DNA of 64,000 bases, from positions 46,996,001-47,060,000 of the forward strand of contig CM069148.1 in the NCBI GenBank assembly GCA_035221665.1, in the 5' to 3' direction. Shown piece by piece: positions 13,508-26,531 of this stretch (position 1 is the stretch's first letter; each line of letters opens with the position of its first letter). The position numbers were made by a program, and so were the translations under genes. The DNA is from Okamejei kenojei. Lineage: Eukaryota. The notes under the pieces were generated by a model, which did no database searches, was not told the DNA's origin, and saw nothing but the letters and a program-made list of their open reading frames with translations.

Positions 13508-14624
13508 GTCAGTCACAGTTTAAATGTTCTTGAATTTGGGAAAATAGTGATAGATCCACTTGTTCCCCAAGACCGAACCCTTTATCTCTGAGACTGCCTG
13601 TGGAGCTGGTGAAGATCTGCTTGTCCAATGAATTTATCTTCTCAGGCGCTCCCTTAGGTTGGAGGGTGACTCACTTCCACTCAGACGCATAGTCATACAG
13701 CGTGGAAACAGGCCCTTTGGCTAAAACTGACCACAATGCTCCAAATGTGGCCTCACCAATGTCTTGTACCAAATTTGCATAACCTCCCAAGTTCTGTCCT
13801 TAATATTCCGACTGAAGAAGGCCAATGTGCTGAATGCTTTCTGAAATATGATATATTCCTGTGACGCCACTTTCAAGGCCCTATGTACCTGTGTGCCCAG
13901 ATCCCTCTGTTCTGCAACACTCCCCAGAGCCCGACAACTTTGTGCAGAACCTCAAATTTCACTGTACCTTAATTGTTACATGTGACAATTAAATTGTATC
14001 TTGAATCTTGCCCTGATGAGACTTTCAAAAATTCAACAGCTCACATATCTCTATTAATGTCCTTCAAGGTTAAAATAACACATTTGGTTCCCTCACTTAA
14101 AATGGGTGGGAAGGAATTGCAGATGCTCGTTTACACCGAAGATAGACAGAACAATGCTGGAGTAACTCAGGGGGACAGGCAGCATCTCTGGATGGTAGGA
14201 ATGGGTGTGGTTTCGGGTCGCGATCTTTCTTCAGTCTCTAGCAGGATCTCGACCCAAAAGGTCACCCATTCCTTCTCTCCTGTAAGGAAGCCTGTCCCTC
14301 TGTTACTCCAGCAATTTGTGTCTACTCCTCACACAAAACATTCATGACATTGAATGTCTGAGGACCAAGCATTGATCCCTACAGCACCGTTCAGTCACTG
14401 CCATCGAACCCGACACTCCCATTATTTCCTCATTCCTGTTTCTTGTACGCTTGTCTGATTTCAAATTTCATTACCAATCTGCATGCAGATTTACATATTC
14501 TCATATTTTAATAAAGGGTAAGTCCAAAGTTTATCGAGATATTAATCTGCTTCTTTCCCACGTGTTATTTTAATTTCTGAGTTTGTTCTTGATAATGTTT
14601 AATATCTGACTTCCTATTTTACAG

Positions 14625-14663
14625 CACCACCCCATGAGCATTATCCACCAGCTTATGAACCAG
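14625..14663 (+). CDS. Micro-exon type A (39 nt), APPHEHYPPAYEP (synonymous CAC>CAT)
   Basis: ttcctattttacag|...CAG|gtaaga. Confidence 0.8.
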
Positions 14664-16147
14664 GTAAGATCTGGTCTGGGCCAGAGTCAGATATTCACAC
14701 CTCGAGCTCCGTCCATATTCTACTGTTGGTTTTCCTCCAGTGTTTCAATGTTTTCTTTGAAAAGGAAATCCAATTATCTTTTTGAATACAGCATCATTCT
14801 GAGATGTGATACCTTAACCTTCCCAGCAATGTCCTTCCATTCACTGTGAACTGACCTTGTTATCCTTCATCACTAGACAGACCAATCCACGTCGTTGATG
14901 ACCAGACGTAAAATGCCTTTGTTTTTGAAACATGTTTCGCTTGTTCCAGCGGTGAAATACTTCATGATGAGAGTTAGCGAGGGTCTCCTTGAGGCTGGCA
15001 AGGTGACAGGAAGCCTGAGCTTTCCTTGTGCTCCCTCTGCTTGAGCTGTTGTTTCAGCGAACTGTCCACCGTTTAAATTCATCTTACCTCTGGTGAACAC
15101 AAGCATGTGTCCACACCATGACTTAGGAGTCCGCCTGTCCCTTGTCGACATGCCCTTGGGGGAGCAGTGTTGGCTGAACAGGAACTGGGGGCTGAAGTCA
15201 GTCCCCACTGAGACAGGACTGGGTCAGTGAGAGATCCTGTTAGGAGGCTGGTTCCCTCTTGTTAGCAGATTCCTTCTCAGATTATTGTCTGGTGCAGTGA
15301 CTGCTCGCCGTTGGACATCATGAGCAGCGGTAGAGCTGCTCAGAACAGGGGTGTTTCCAGATCCTGTTCCAAGTATTGGCCGTTGTATAACGGGATCACT
15401 GGCTCTCTCCATCTCATTGAACTTACTATTTTAAATCCGTAACTTCCATCTGTTATTTAACGTTGTTATCCTTCATCACTAGACAAACCAATCCACGTCG
15501 TTCCACTTGGTAACAAACTCGATGACCAGACGTAAAATGCCTTTGTTTTTGCAACATATTTCCCTTGGTCCAGCAGTGAAATACTTCATGATGGGAGGTA
15601 GTGAGGGGGCTCCTTGAGGCTGGCAAGGTGACAGGAAGCCTGAGCTTTCCCTGTGCTCCCTCTGCGCGAGCTGTTGGGTTCAGCAACCTGTCCACAGTTT
15701 GAATTCAGCTTACCTCTGGTGAACACAAGCATGTGTCCACACCATGACATAGGGGTCCGCCTGTCCCATGTCAACATGCCCTTGGGGGAGCCGTGTTGGC
15801 TGAACATGAACTGGGGGCTGAAGTCAGTCCCCACGGAGACAGGACTGGGCCAGTGAGAGCTCCTGTTAGGAGGCTGGTTGCCTCTTGTTACCAGATTACT
15901 TCTCAGATTATTGTCTGGTGCAGTGACTGCTCGCCGGTGGACATCATGAGCAGCAGTAGAGCTGTTCAGAACAGGGGTGTCTCCAGATCCTGTTCCATGC
16001 ATTTGCCGTTGTATAACGGGATCACGGCTCTCTCAATGTCATTGAACTTACTATTTAAATCTGTAACTTCCATCTGTTGTTTAAATACATTGGTATCATC
16101 AGCATTGATGTAATTTATGGTGGTGATATTTGAATCCTTTTTCCCAG

Positions 16148-16180
16148 CAGGCCATGGCAGATACCAACCACCCAGTGAAG
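16148..16180 (+). CDS. Micro-exon type B (33 nt), AGHGRYQPPSE
   Basis: cctttttcccag|...GAAG|gtcagt. Confidence 0.75.
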
Positions 16181-16750
16181 GTCAGTCACAGTTTGAATGT
16201 TCTTGAATTTGGGAAAATAGTGATGTATCCACTTGTTCCCGGAGACAGAACCCTTATCTCTGACACTGGTGTTAGAGCTGGTGAAGATCTGCTTGTCCAG
16301 TGAATTTGTTGTCTTCTCAGGCGCTCCCTCAGATTGGAGGGTGACTCACTTCCACTCAGGCTCATAGTCATACAGCGTGGAAACAGGCCATTTGGCAAAA
16401 GCTGACAACAATATTCCAAATGTGGCCTCGCCAATGTCTTGTACCAAATTTACATAACCTCCTAAGTTCTGTCCTTAATAATCCGACTGAAGAAGGCCAA
16501 TGTGCTGAAAGCTTTCTGAAACATGATATATTCCTGTGACGCCTCTTTCAAGGCCCTATGTACCTGTAGGCCCAGATCCCTCTGTTCTACAACACTCCCC
16601 AGAGCCCGACAACTTTTTGCAGAACCTCAAATTTCACTGTACCTTAATTGGTACATGTGACAATTAAATTGAATCTTGAATCTTGCCCTGGTGAGACTTT
16701 CAAAAATTCAACAGCTCACATATCTCTATTAATGTCCTTCAAGGTTAAAA

Positions 16751-19700
16751 TAGTAAGATTAAACGAGAACTTACCAGTTCGAAGTTTGATCGTTATTTTA
16801 TGAGGAGTAACGATGAGGGATTACGTGAAGAACCCCGCCTGGCGCTGGGAAACGGCATACTTCAAAGCAGCGGCATGAAAAACACAGAACACAAATAGCC
16901 GGAGTAAGATAGTAAGGCTCATCATAGATTTAGAACTCCAGATGATCATTTATTTTATGAGGGTGGGGAGTGGAGGGCACGTAATCCCTCATCGTTACTC
17001 CTCATAAAATAACGATCAAACTTCGAACTGGTAAGTTCTCGTTTAATCTTACTATTTTACTTCGGAGTCACGTGAGTGACTACGTGAAGAGTTTGAAGCT
17101 TTCTGTGTTTTTCGTGTCGTGGAATTTATTCCATACGACAGTACGGCTCATTTAACACAATAACGAGCGAATAACACATTTTCCCCAAACATTGCCTCAA
17201 ATTATGTGATAAATTATTTTACATTATAAAAAATGAAAATAATGCCCTTTCCATTGAAAGGCAAGTTTATCACAAATACCAATTGATATATATATTTTTA
17301 TGGCATGACAAAGCAACAATTATAGAGAACCGAACATTGCGTGTCTAAATCTGACACCATGACTGGTTCCTTTTACTTTAACAGTAATCTACAGCCTCCT
17401 GCGGCCTTGCATCTTTGCTCGAGTGGCTCATCCTGTGCCATTCCTGTGAATGTATTTTCCTCATTAACAGAGTGATTTTCCACCTTTCAGTGTCTAGTTC
17501 CTACTGAATGTATCCAATTTTTAACCATCTAGAAATACATTCCTCTATAACCATCAGTTTTTACTGAACCCAATGTGGTTTTTGTGTGTAATAAGCAGTC
17601 TCATTGACACAGAGACTCTTACCTACTGCAACATTTTCATCAATGTTCACACACACATACACACACAACTTAAAGCCGGCATGGATATGCTTATAGGTTT
17701 ACCTTCGTTTCAGGTCTTCTTGGTGTGCTTTGTTTGGTAGATTCATAAACATATATGATAATGCAATTTGTATCCACATGCAATTATAATGTAACATTTG
17801 CAATGTTTGCACTCTTATATTGATACTAAAGTTATCAAAATTATTATTTTCAATGTTTAAGTTTTTTGTATCATAGATAGAGTTAGAGTCCATTTCTTAT
17901 ACAAACTTAAAGCATACGGTATTAGGGGTTCAGTATTGATGTGGATAGAGAACTGGCTGGCAAACAGGAAGCAAAGAGTAGGAGTAAACGGGTCCTTTTC
18001 ACAATGGCAAGCAGTAACTAGTGGGGTACCGCAGGGCTCAGTGCTGGGACCCCAGCTATTTACAATATATATTAATGATCTGGATGAGGGAATTGAAGGC
18101 AATATCTCCAAGTTTGCGGATGACACTAAGCTGGGGGGCAGTGTTCGCTGTGAGGAGGATGCTAAGGAGACTGCAAGGTGACTTGGATAGGCTGGGTGAG
18201 TGGGCAAATGTTTGGCAGATGCAGTATAATGTGGATAAATGTGAGGTTATCCACTTTGGTGGCAAAAACAGGAAAGCAGACTATTATTTAAATGGTGGCC
18301 GATTAGGAAAAGGGGAGATGCAGCGAGACCTGGGTGTCATGGTACACCAGTCATTGAAAGTAGGCATGCAGGTGCAGCAGGCAGTGAAAAAAGCGAATGG
18401 TATGTTAGCTTTCATAGCAAAAGGATTTGAGTACAGGAGCAGGGAGGTTCTACTTCAGTTGTACAGGGTCTTGGATGAGACCACACCTGGAGTATTGCGT
18501 ACAGTTTTGGTCTCAAATCTGAGGAAGGACATTATTGCCATAGAGGGAGTGCAGAGAAGGTTCACCAGACTGATTCCTGGGATGTCAGGACTGTCTTATG
18601 AAGAAAGACTGGATAGACTCGGTTTATACTCTCTGGAATTTAGGAGATTGAGAGGGGATCTTATAGAAACTTACAAAATTCTTAAGGGGTTGGACAGGCT
18701 AGATGCAGGAAGATTGTTCCCGATGTTGGGGAAGTCCAGGACAAGGGGTCACAGCTTAAGGATAAGGGGGAAATCCTTTAAGACCGAGATGAGAAAGACT
18801 TTTTTCACACAGAGAGTGGTGAGTCTCTGGAACTCTCTGCCACAGAGGGTAGTTGAGGCCAGTTCATTGGCTATATTTAAGAGTGAGTTGGATGTGGCCC
18901 TTGTAGCTAGGGGGATCAGAGGGTATGGAGAGAAGGCAGGTACGGGATACTGAGTTGGATGATCAGCCATGATCATATTGAATGGCGGTGCAGGCTCGAA
19001 GGGCTGAATGGCCTACTCCTGCACCTAATTTCTATGTTTCTATGTTTCTAATATGCCACATCTGTTTACTTAGATAATCCCATGATTGTTATTTGACTTA
19101 TCTTGTGAACCACAAGAAACATTTGAAAGATCAGTGATTTAATCTGTATACAACCAGATTAATCGTAAGTAATGCAAAATAATGACAATATGTTTTCCTC
19201 CCAAATTTGAACATTGTTAACATATGTCACAGCCGTGGTATTGTTCATCTTGATACGACATGGACAGTTCCATAATAAAACAATCGATCTTTTAATCCAT
19301 AACTCCTTATACTTCAACAATTAATACGAATGTTTGGAAAATTTCTTAGGACAAACCATTTATGTTCGCCTGGTATTATTGTCTGCAGTCCGAACAAGAG
19401 ACATATCAATTATTGTTATAATAGATAATATTCTTATCTTTACCCAAACATTCACAGAAGCTGTACATCATCTGTAACACTTGCTTCAGTTTGCAACAGC
19501 TGTTAATCTTATAGTTGAAGCAGCTTATGAACCTTTTTTACATTACTTTAATAATGATAACGTATCATTTGATATTTTGCATAAGCCTCTTCACACGGCA
19601 TACATATTCTTATAAGCTTCTGTATTCCTTCTTTTGGAACTTTATTTATTTTTACCTAATCCTAATGGAGGGACAAAGTATGTCAACAACAATTAGACAT

Positions 19701-21725
19701 ATTTGTATCATGGAACAATTTTCCCCCTCTCTTATGGTGCTTGAATTACTTCTAAATTCAGAATAGTAATTTATAAATATTTTATTAATGCCTGAGCATA
19801 TGCTTTATGTAATGGGTCAGGTCCTTACCTACCACCAGGTTTGTAATGGCAGGCACTAATTTGCAGCTGCTCTTATCTCTTCCAATTTAAATGTAATCGA
19901 GATAACCCATGACCATGACCTCATTAGTGCAAATGCTGATCTTTTATCAGTATAATTGTTCCTTCAGTATTCGGTTTAACAGCCTTGAACTGATTGATTG
20001 TTTGGACAATGTTTTAACTTGCACAGCTTGACCCACTTTAATTAATTTCAAGCACCTGTAATATTGATTAACACTTTGTTAATCACAACAGTTTTTCCAT
20101 GTTCTAGATGTTTCCATTTTCTTACACTGTGAAAGTGTAAATATAATGATGTTTTGTATGGTTTATACCATGAAATCTTTACACTGAGGTAATTTTATAA
20201 TATACATGTACATACCCCTTCTTATTAAAATTACTTTTGAGTGCAAACCTGAAATCAATTTTTAAAGTTTTCTTATACAGGTGAACCAATCCTTCCTTAG
20301 TTATATTGGTTAACAATCATAATACACCTGTAATTCCCCATAATTGGAGATTTCATGAACTTATTTTGTAACCAGATGTTTGCACCTTTTCAACGTACTT
20401 CAAGCCTTCTTTCCCCAATTATATAGGTTTAGATAAGGCTATGTTTGGTTATACCACTTCTGCCTTTGTTTTGATCCATTATCAAATCTTTCATTGGATC
20501 ATAGTTTTTTTTTTCACCGCAAGTTAAAAGATCTTTGCCTTTGTTTTGATCCATTATCAAAATTTTTCATTGGATCATAGTTTTTCTCCCCAAAGTTTAA
20601 AGATCAGTAGTCTGTTATTTTGTAATTAATATCTTTGATTTATCATAAGGCAGGTTTATTCTATAATAATCAGGAGTTTAATATCCTGATTTGTATTTAT
20701 CTGCAAACCTATAGTGCAGATTCGGTAAATTATATATTTCTTCCTATTGAGCTCCACAACTGATGGCAATTTATTTTATTTTGAAAGTATTACATTTGCA
20801 CCATATTGAAATACTTTGAATTTGTATTTCTTATATCTCATATTATCTGCGATATGGATATTTATAAACGTATTTATCATTGATATTTTAAAAAACATAA
20901 AAGTTTTTATTGTATTCTTGAAGTTGGTGAGATACCATATAATTAATGTTGGCAGCTAGGTTTTCTTCCATAGCCTCACCACTTCCTTTAGATATAGCAA
21001 AATCTTTTGCTATCTCAGGCACATCTGGCCTCACTTTTTTATTTGTGGTGTGCATTCATAATTCACATCACCACTTGCAGGGTCTGTCTTTTGCAGCCCT
21101 GATCCACTTGGAATTATATCCAAAGAGACTTCCTCCACCCTTAAACCAGGGTTCAATTCTCAATTTGGCACATAGCCATATTTTGTATATTCAAGCCCCT
21201 CGGGGTCTTTTTTGGGCTGTTTGGGTACTGTGACCCTTGTCTCTTTTTATATTTTGGAGTACTTTCTCCATATCGCGATTTTTATTAACTTTTTTTAAAG
21301 TACAGCCTTTCTGTCTTTTAAAATTCCCTGCCAAAAGATTGTGGAGCATTTTTACCTCTCTACCGTATTTTTAACGGTACCAGTAATCGGAACCGGCCCC
21401 GTAATTAATCTCTCGTCCCGATCGCTGGGTATTCCCCTGGGACGTTCTTTTTTAAAATCTCCGTTATTTTAACAGAGTATATCTGTTCAATTTAAACTTT
21501 TTAGTTTGTTTTTTAAAAACCTTTAAAATCCTGGTTTCCACCAGGCACGGAGTTTTCCAGTCCTAAAAAATTTTTTCAACAGCACTTACCTGCCGGTTCC
21601 GAACCTACCGCTGTCGAGGAGCTGTCTGTGCAGCTCCTGCTTCTGCCGTCAGCGTCGACGTAATGCCGTTTCCAGCGCCAGGCGGGTTTCTTCACGTAGT
21701 CACTCACGTGACTCCGAAGTAAAAT
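16751..21725 (-). mobile_element. Non-autonomous AT-rich DIRS-like element with intact termini and ICR
   Basis: ICR at ~16978-17090 is a perfect reverse complement of both ends joined; ITRs ccgcctggcgctgg / ccagcgccaggcgg; TAAAAT at both junctions; ISRWLK (YR-like) remnant on the minus strand near 17530. Confidence 0.85.
17899..19050 (+). mobile_element. 5'-truncated CR1 LINE (RT C-terminus plus 3' UTR) nested in the second DIRS
   Basis: [38 protein letters not shown]; (tttctatg)n tail. Confidence 0.93.
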
Positions 21726-22292
21726 ATAACATTTGGTTCCCTCACTTAAAATGGTTCGGAAGGAATTGCAGATGCTCGTTTACACCGCAGATAGACAGAA
21801 CAATGCTGGAGTAACTCAGCGGGACAGGCAGCATCTCTGGATGGTCGTAATGAGTGTGGTTTCGGGTCACAATCTTTCTTCAGTCTATAGCAGGGTCTCG
21901 ACCGAAAAGGTCACCAGTTTCTTCTCTCCTGTGAGGAAGCCTGTCCCTCTGTTACTCCAGCAATTTGTGTCTACCCCTCACCCAAAACATTGATGACATT
22001 GAATGTCTGAGGACCAAGCATTGATCCCTACAGCACCGTTCAGTCACTGTCATCGAACCCGAGACACTCCCATTCTTTCCTCATTCCTGTTTCTAGTACG
22101 CTTGTCTGCTTCCAAATGTAATTACAAATCTGCAGGCAGATTTACATATTCTCATATTTTAATAAAGGGTAAGTCCAAAGTTTATCGAGATATTAATCTG
22201 CAACTTTCCCATGTGTTATTTTAGTGTCTAGGTATACGCAGTGTGGTAATTTGTTATTGATAATGTTTGATATCTAACTTCCTATTTTACAG

Positions 22293-22331
22293 CACCACCC
22301 CATGAGAATTTTCCACCAGCTCATGAACCAG
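22293..22331 (+). CDS. Micro-exon type A (39 nt), APPHENFPPAHEP
   Basis: ctaacttcctattttacag|...CAG|gtaaga. Confidence 0.78.
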
Positions 22332-22499
22332 GTAAGATCTGGTCTGAGCCAGAGTCAGATATTCACACCTCGAGCTTTGTCTATATTCTACTGTTGGTTT
22401 TCCTCCAGTGTTTCAATGTTTTCTTCGAAAAGGAAATCCAGTTATCCTTTTGAATACAGCATCATTCTGAGATGTGATACCTTAACCTTGTTCTTTCAC

Positions 22500-23100
22500 T
22501 GAATGAGGATGCAGACTCTTTATGCAGACTCTTCCATAGATGGCACAGTGTATGACGGGGCAGGAGGGCGGATCTATTGTCAGGTAGTTCACCCTTCCAG
22601 ACACACACTGTGGGCTTCTCACAACTTCTGTTCACGGACGAGAGGCTTACATTTCCATCCTGATTTCTTCCATCTCACTCTCAGCCATCACGGGCTGGGG
22701 ATTACCAGCAGTCAGTGCGGATGTTGCATTTTTTCAAAAAGTCTTTGAGCTCGGAATAGGGTGTCAACTTTGCGGAGTCTGGTATTAGATGTGTGAAAGG
22801 TGTGGCCTGCCTAGCAGAGGTGACTGCGTGTCCACTGGAGATGTTAGCCAGGGAGAGGATACTCACTGGTGATGCTTCACATCACCTTCACATTTCCGCA
22901 TTGTTCTGTATCTGGCTCATTTTTGGCAAATCACGCAATTTGTCTTTTGCCTTGTGGCCTCTTTACTTCCTGCTCACAATCCACATTCCCATCCTGTTTT
23001 ACACGTCCAGCAAGGCTGGAAATATCACCTTTGGTTCCCCTCAACCAAACCTGTGATGACAATGTCTAAGGCCCAGGCATCGCCAGCACGATACTCACCC
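22500..23100 (-). mobile_element. Degenerate RTE-clade LINE 3' fragment (second copy at ~25520-25810)
   Basis: Minus strand reads LKKCNIRTDCW.SPARD, resembling the C-terminus of RTE/BovB-type ORFs. Confidence 0.5.
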
Positions 23101-23167
23101 ATTTGTCATCCTTGGGTCCTGTGCATTTGCACATTTCCAAATTGTATTTCAAATTGGCATGCTCGTT

Positions 23168-23560
23168 TCAGTTTAGTTTATTGTCACGTGTACCGAGGTA
23201 CAGTGAAAAGCTTTTGTTGCATGCTAACCAGTCAGCAGAAAGACAAGACATGATTACAATTGAGACATTTACAATGTATAGATACATGATAAGGGAAAAA
23301 TGTTTAGTCCAAGGTAAAGCCAGCAAAGTCGGGTCAAAGATAGTCTGAGGATCATCAGAGGTAGATAGTAGTTCAAGACTGCTATCTGGAAGGATCATTC
23401 CATTGCCTGATAACAGTTGGGAAGAAACCGATCCCTAAATCTGGAGGTGTGCGTTTTCACACTTCTATACCTTTTGCCTGATGGGAGAGGGAAGAAGAGG
23501 AAGTGGCCAGGGTGTGACTCGTCCTTGATTATGCTGCTGGACTTGCTGAGGAGGTATAAA
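23168..23560 (-). mobile_element. Rex/Babar LINE 3' end (related copies at ~24335, 24980-25490, 41520-41830, 45925-46315, 47360-48055)
   Basis: Recurrent tttagtttattgtcacgtgtaccgaggtacagtgaaaagc tail and TSRFRDSFFPAAIRQLN-type C-terminus on the minus strand. Confidence 0.65.
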
Positions 23561-23695
23561 TAGAGTTTTATATGTTTTATTAATGTTCAATATTTATCGA
23601 GATATTGATCCGTGCCTTTCCCCTGTGTTGTTTAAGTCTGTGTATATACCCAGTGTGGCTCCTTGTTGACTCATATCTGACTTCCTCTTTTGCAG

Positions 23696-23734
23696 CGGGA
23701 CCACTTGAATATTTACCATCAGCTCCGCACACAG
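23696..23734 (+). CDS. Micro-exon type A' (39 nt), AGPLEYLPSAPHT
   Basis: ctgacttcctcttttgcag|...CAG|gtcagt. Confidence 0.75.
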
Positions 23735-24479
23735 GTCAGTCTTGCTCTGACCCAAAGGCGGACATTCACGCATCCAGCTCCTTCTATATCCACCTCCGAG
23801 GTCCGCCTGTCCGTTGTCAATGTGATTATGGGGAAGCAGTGATGGCTGAGTAGGAACTAGGGGCTGAGATTCACAGAGATCAGATTGTTGTCTGGTGCGG
23901 TGACTGCTCGCCAGTGGACATCACACCGGGGCAGGGGGAGGCCGCACAGCCCAGCAGTAATGTGGTGTCTCCAGCTCCTGGTCCAAGTATCTGCCATTGT
24001 ATTACGGGATCACTGGATCTTTTCATCATCGCTTTAACCTTGCAGATTAAATTGGCCTCTTACATCTGTTATATAAATACATTGGTATCATTTGTTGATG
24101 GATTTTACTGTGAAGTGATATTTGGTTTCTTCCCCCAAACTACTATCCACCCAGTGAAGGTGAGTCACAGATTGCATGTCCTTGAATGGAGATAATTGTG
24201 ATGTTCTCAGGGCCAGAATTCCTTGTATCTGACACTGACTGAGGAGCTGGTGAAATTCTATCTGCCCATTGAAGTGTCTTGGTTGATTGTCTCCACCCCC
24301 TGACACCCTAGTCCACCTCTCCCTTGTCAATATTAGTTAGTTAGTTTAGTTTATTGTCACGTTACTGAGGTACAGTGAAAAGCTTGTTGTTGCGTGCCAT
24401 CCAGTCAGCAGAAATGTTTCCAAATACATAGGTCAAGATGGTAAAAATCCAAAGTGGCAAATGTCAACTTGCTCCCGGT

Positions 24480-24975
24480 AGTGATGGGCGCCTTATGCAC
24501 TCACCTACGCTCCTCCGATGTTGAGAAAGGCTAGGCAGACACGTCATTGGGGTTATCAAGTGGGCACCTACTTTCATCTACGTCCCAGAACCACCCCTCT
24601 CTGCATCGGTCTAGTTGGTTATTTGGGAGACCAAATGGGGTCTTTCCTCTTCTGCCAGAGCCACTGGCTACTCCGCTCTGCCACCCGTGATGTTTCTTTG
24701 ATGGCCTGGCGTAGGGCTTGTCCGCTGATCCCCAGGTCCTTCATCAGTCTTACGGTTGATGTTGCCATGAAACCTCAACATTCACCTTTTAACGGGCAGA
24801 TCTTAGCTCTCCAGCCCCGATGTACTGCCTCCACTGCAAGCTCTGTATATCGCAGTTTCTTTCTTTCGAAGGTTTCCTGCACAGCATCCACCCAAGGGAC
24901 TGTGAGCTCCACATGATACACCATGTGCTGAGAGTTCGACCAGAGGACAAGATCAGGCCTCAAGTTGGTGAAAAC
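24480..24975 (-). mobile_element. 3' fragment of an R2/Hero-type non-LTR retrotransposon (restriction-like endonuclease)
   Basis: RPDLVLWS...VELTVPW...ERKKLRYTELA...GWRAKICP fits the PD-(D/E)xK-type REL motif. Confidence 0.75.
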
Positions 24976-25907
24976 AGTACTTGATTACAATCGAGCCATT
25001 TACAGTGTGTGGATACATGATAATGGAATAACATTTAGTGGAAGCTGAAGCCAGTAAAGTCTGTTCAAAGATTGTCCGATGGTCACCAATGAGGTAGAGA
25101 CTGGTTCAGGACTGCACTATAGTTGTGGTAAGATGATTCTGTTGCCTGATAACAGCTGGGAAGAAACTGTCCTTGAATCTGGTGGTGTGCGTTTTCACAC
25201 TTCTATACATTTTTGCCCGATGGAAGAGGGGAGGAGCGTGAGTGGCCAGGGTGCGACTCATCATTGATTATAATTCTGGCCTTGCTGTGCAGCATGAGGT
25301 ATAAATGGAGTCAATGGAAGGGAGGTTGGTTTGTGTGATCTGGGCTATGCCCACAATTCGCTGCAATTTCTTGCGGTCTTGGATGGAGCTGTTTCCAAAC
25401 CAAACTGTAAAGCATCCTGATAAAATGTTTTCTATGGCACATCTGTAGAAGTTGATGAGAGTTTTGTGGGGACATGCCAAACTTCTAAGAGATGATGGTG
25501 TGCTTATGTGGTCGTTGCTTCAATATGGGACAGCATATGATGGGACAGGAGGAAGGATACATTGTCAGGTAGTTCACCCATCCAACCACCCACTGCTGGC
25601 TTCTCACTGCTTCTGTTCACGGACGGGAGGTTTACATTTCCATCCTGATTCCTTCTATTTCACTCTCAGCCATCATGGGCTGGGAGTTTCCAAGAGTCAG
25701 TGGGGATGTTGCATTTTTTCAAAAAGGCCTTGAGCATGTTTCTGAATCTATTCCTCTGCCCAACTGTGTCAACTTTGGGGAGTCTGGTATTAGATGTGTG
25801 AAAGGTGTGCCAGTCCAATACAAACATTTTATTACAAATTTGCATGCGGTATTAAAATGCTCTTGTATGGAATGAAAATACAAGATGTTCAATGTTAATC
25901 CAGATAC

Positions 25908-26100
25908 TCCCTCTCCCTCTCTAACCCCCTCCCCCTCCCCCTCTGCCCCCCCTCCATCTCTACCGCCTTCCCCCTCTACCACCCCTCCCTCTCTACCACC
26001 CCTCTCTCTCCACCCCCCCTCCCGCTCTACCCCCACACCCCCCCCCCCCTCTACCCCCCCCCCTCCCTCTCCCCCTCTACCCCATCCCCTTCCCTCTCTA
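25908..26100. repeat. C/T-rich low-complexity tract
   Basis: ccctctctacc-like degenerate repeats. Confidence 0.9.
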
Positions 26101-26246
26101 GAGAGTGAAATATCTGCCATTGCATTACGGGATCACTGGATCTTTTCATCATCACTTGCATGTTTGATTGGTCTCTTCCATCTGTTATAAAAGTTCCTGT
26201 GTTGATGGATTCTACTGTGAAGTGATATTTGATTTCTTCTCCCCAG

Positions 26247-26279
26247 CAGAAGCTGACAACTATTATCCACCCAGTGAAG
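26247..26279 (+). CDS. Micro-exon type B' (33 nt), AEADNYYPPSE
   Basis: atttcttctccccag|...GAAG|gtcagt. Confidence 0.75.
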
Positions 26280-26531
26280 GTCAGTCACAGGCATTGCCAG
26301 CCTGATACACACACAGGCATCATCCTTCGTCCCTGTATGTTTCAACGTTTCTAAATTTTATTACAAATTGCATGCGGTTTTAAATGTTCTCATATTGAAT
26401 GAAATCAAAAGATATGTTCAATGTATATCGAGATATTGATCCGTTTCTGTCCCTGTGTTATTTAAGTTTGTGTATATACCCAGTATGGCCCCTTGTTCTT
26501 GGTGATTTTTATCTGACTTTCTCTTTTACAG

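Larger units (their letters stand above)
1..22500 (+). repeat. Tandem array of ~2.0-kb exon-intron units (one B and one A micro-exon each), interrupted by transposons
   Basis: Near-identical blocks recur around 1-1660, 4095-5715, 12532-14870, 14870-16750 and 21726-22490; A-to-A spacing from 12599 to 14625 is 2026 bp. Confidence 0.9.

Noticed and set aside
60-16434. Recurrent short ORFs in the tandem units (for example MVPSLKMGRKELQ..., MGTDFSPQF...)
   Set aside because: Their starts, stops and frames vary between copies. They are intronic or Penelope-derived sequence; only the embedded micro-exons are conserved in frame.
1-22500. CRISPR-like or prokaryotic repeat-spacer array
   Set aside because: The repeats are ~2-kb eukaryotic segmental duplications with no short direct repeat/unique spacer pattern and no cas genes.
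25719-26190. Pro-rich and Gly/Glu-rich ORFs
   Set aside because: They are translations of a C/T low-complexity tract.
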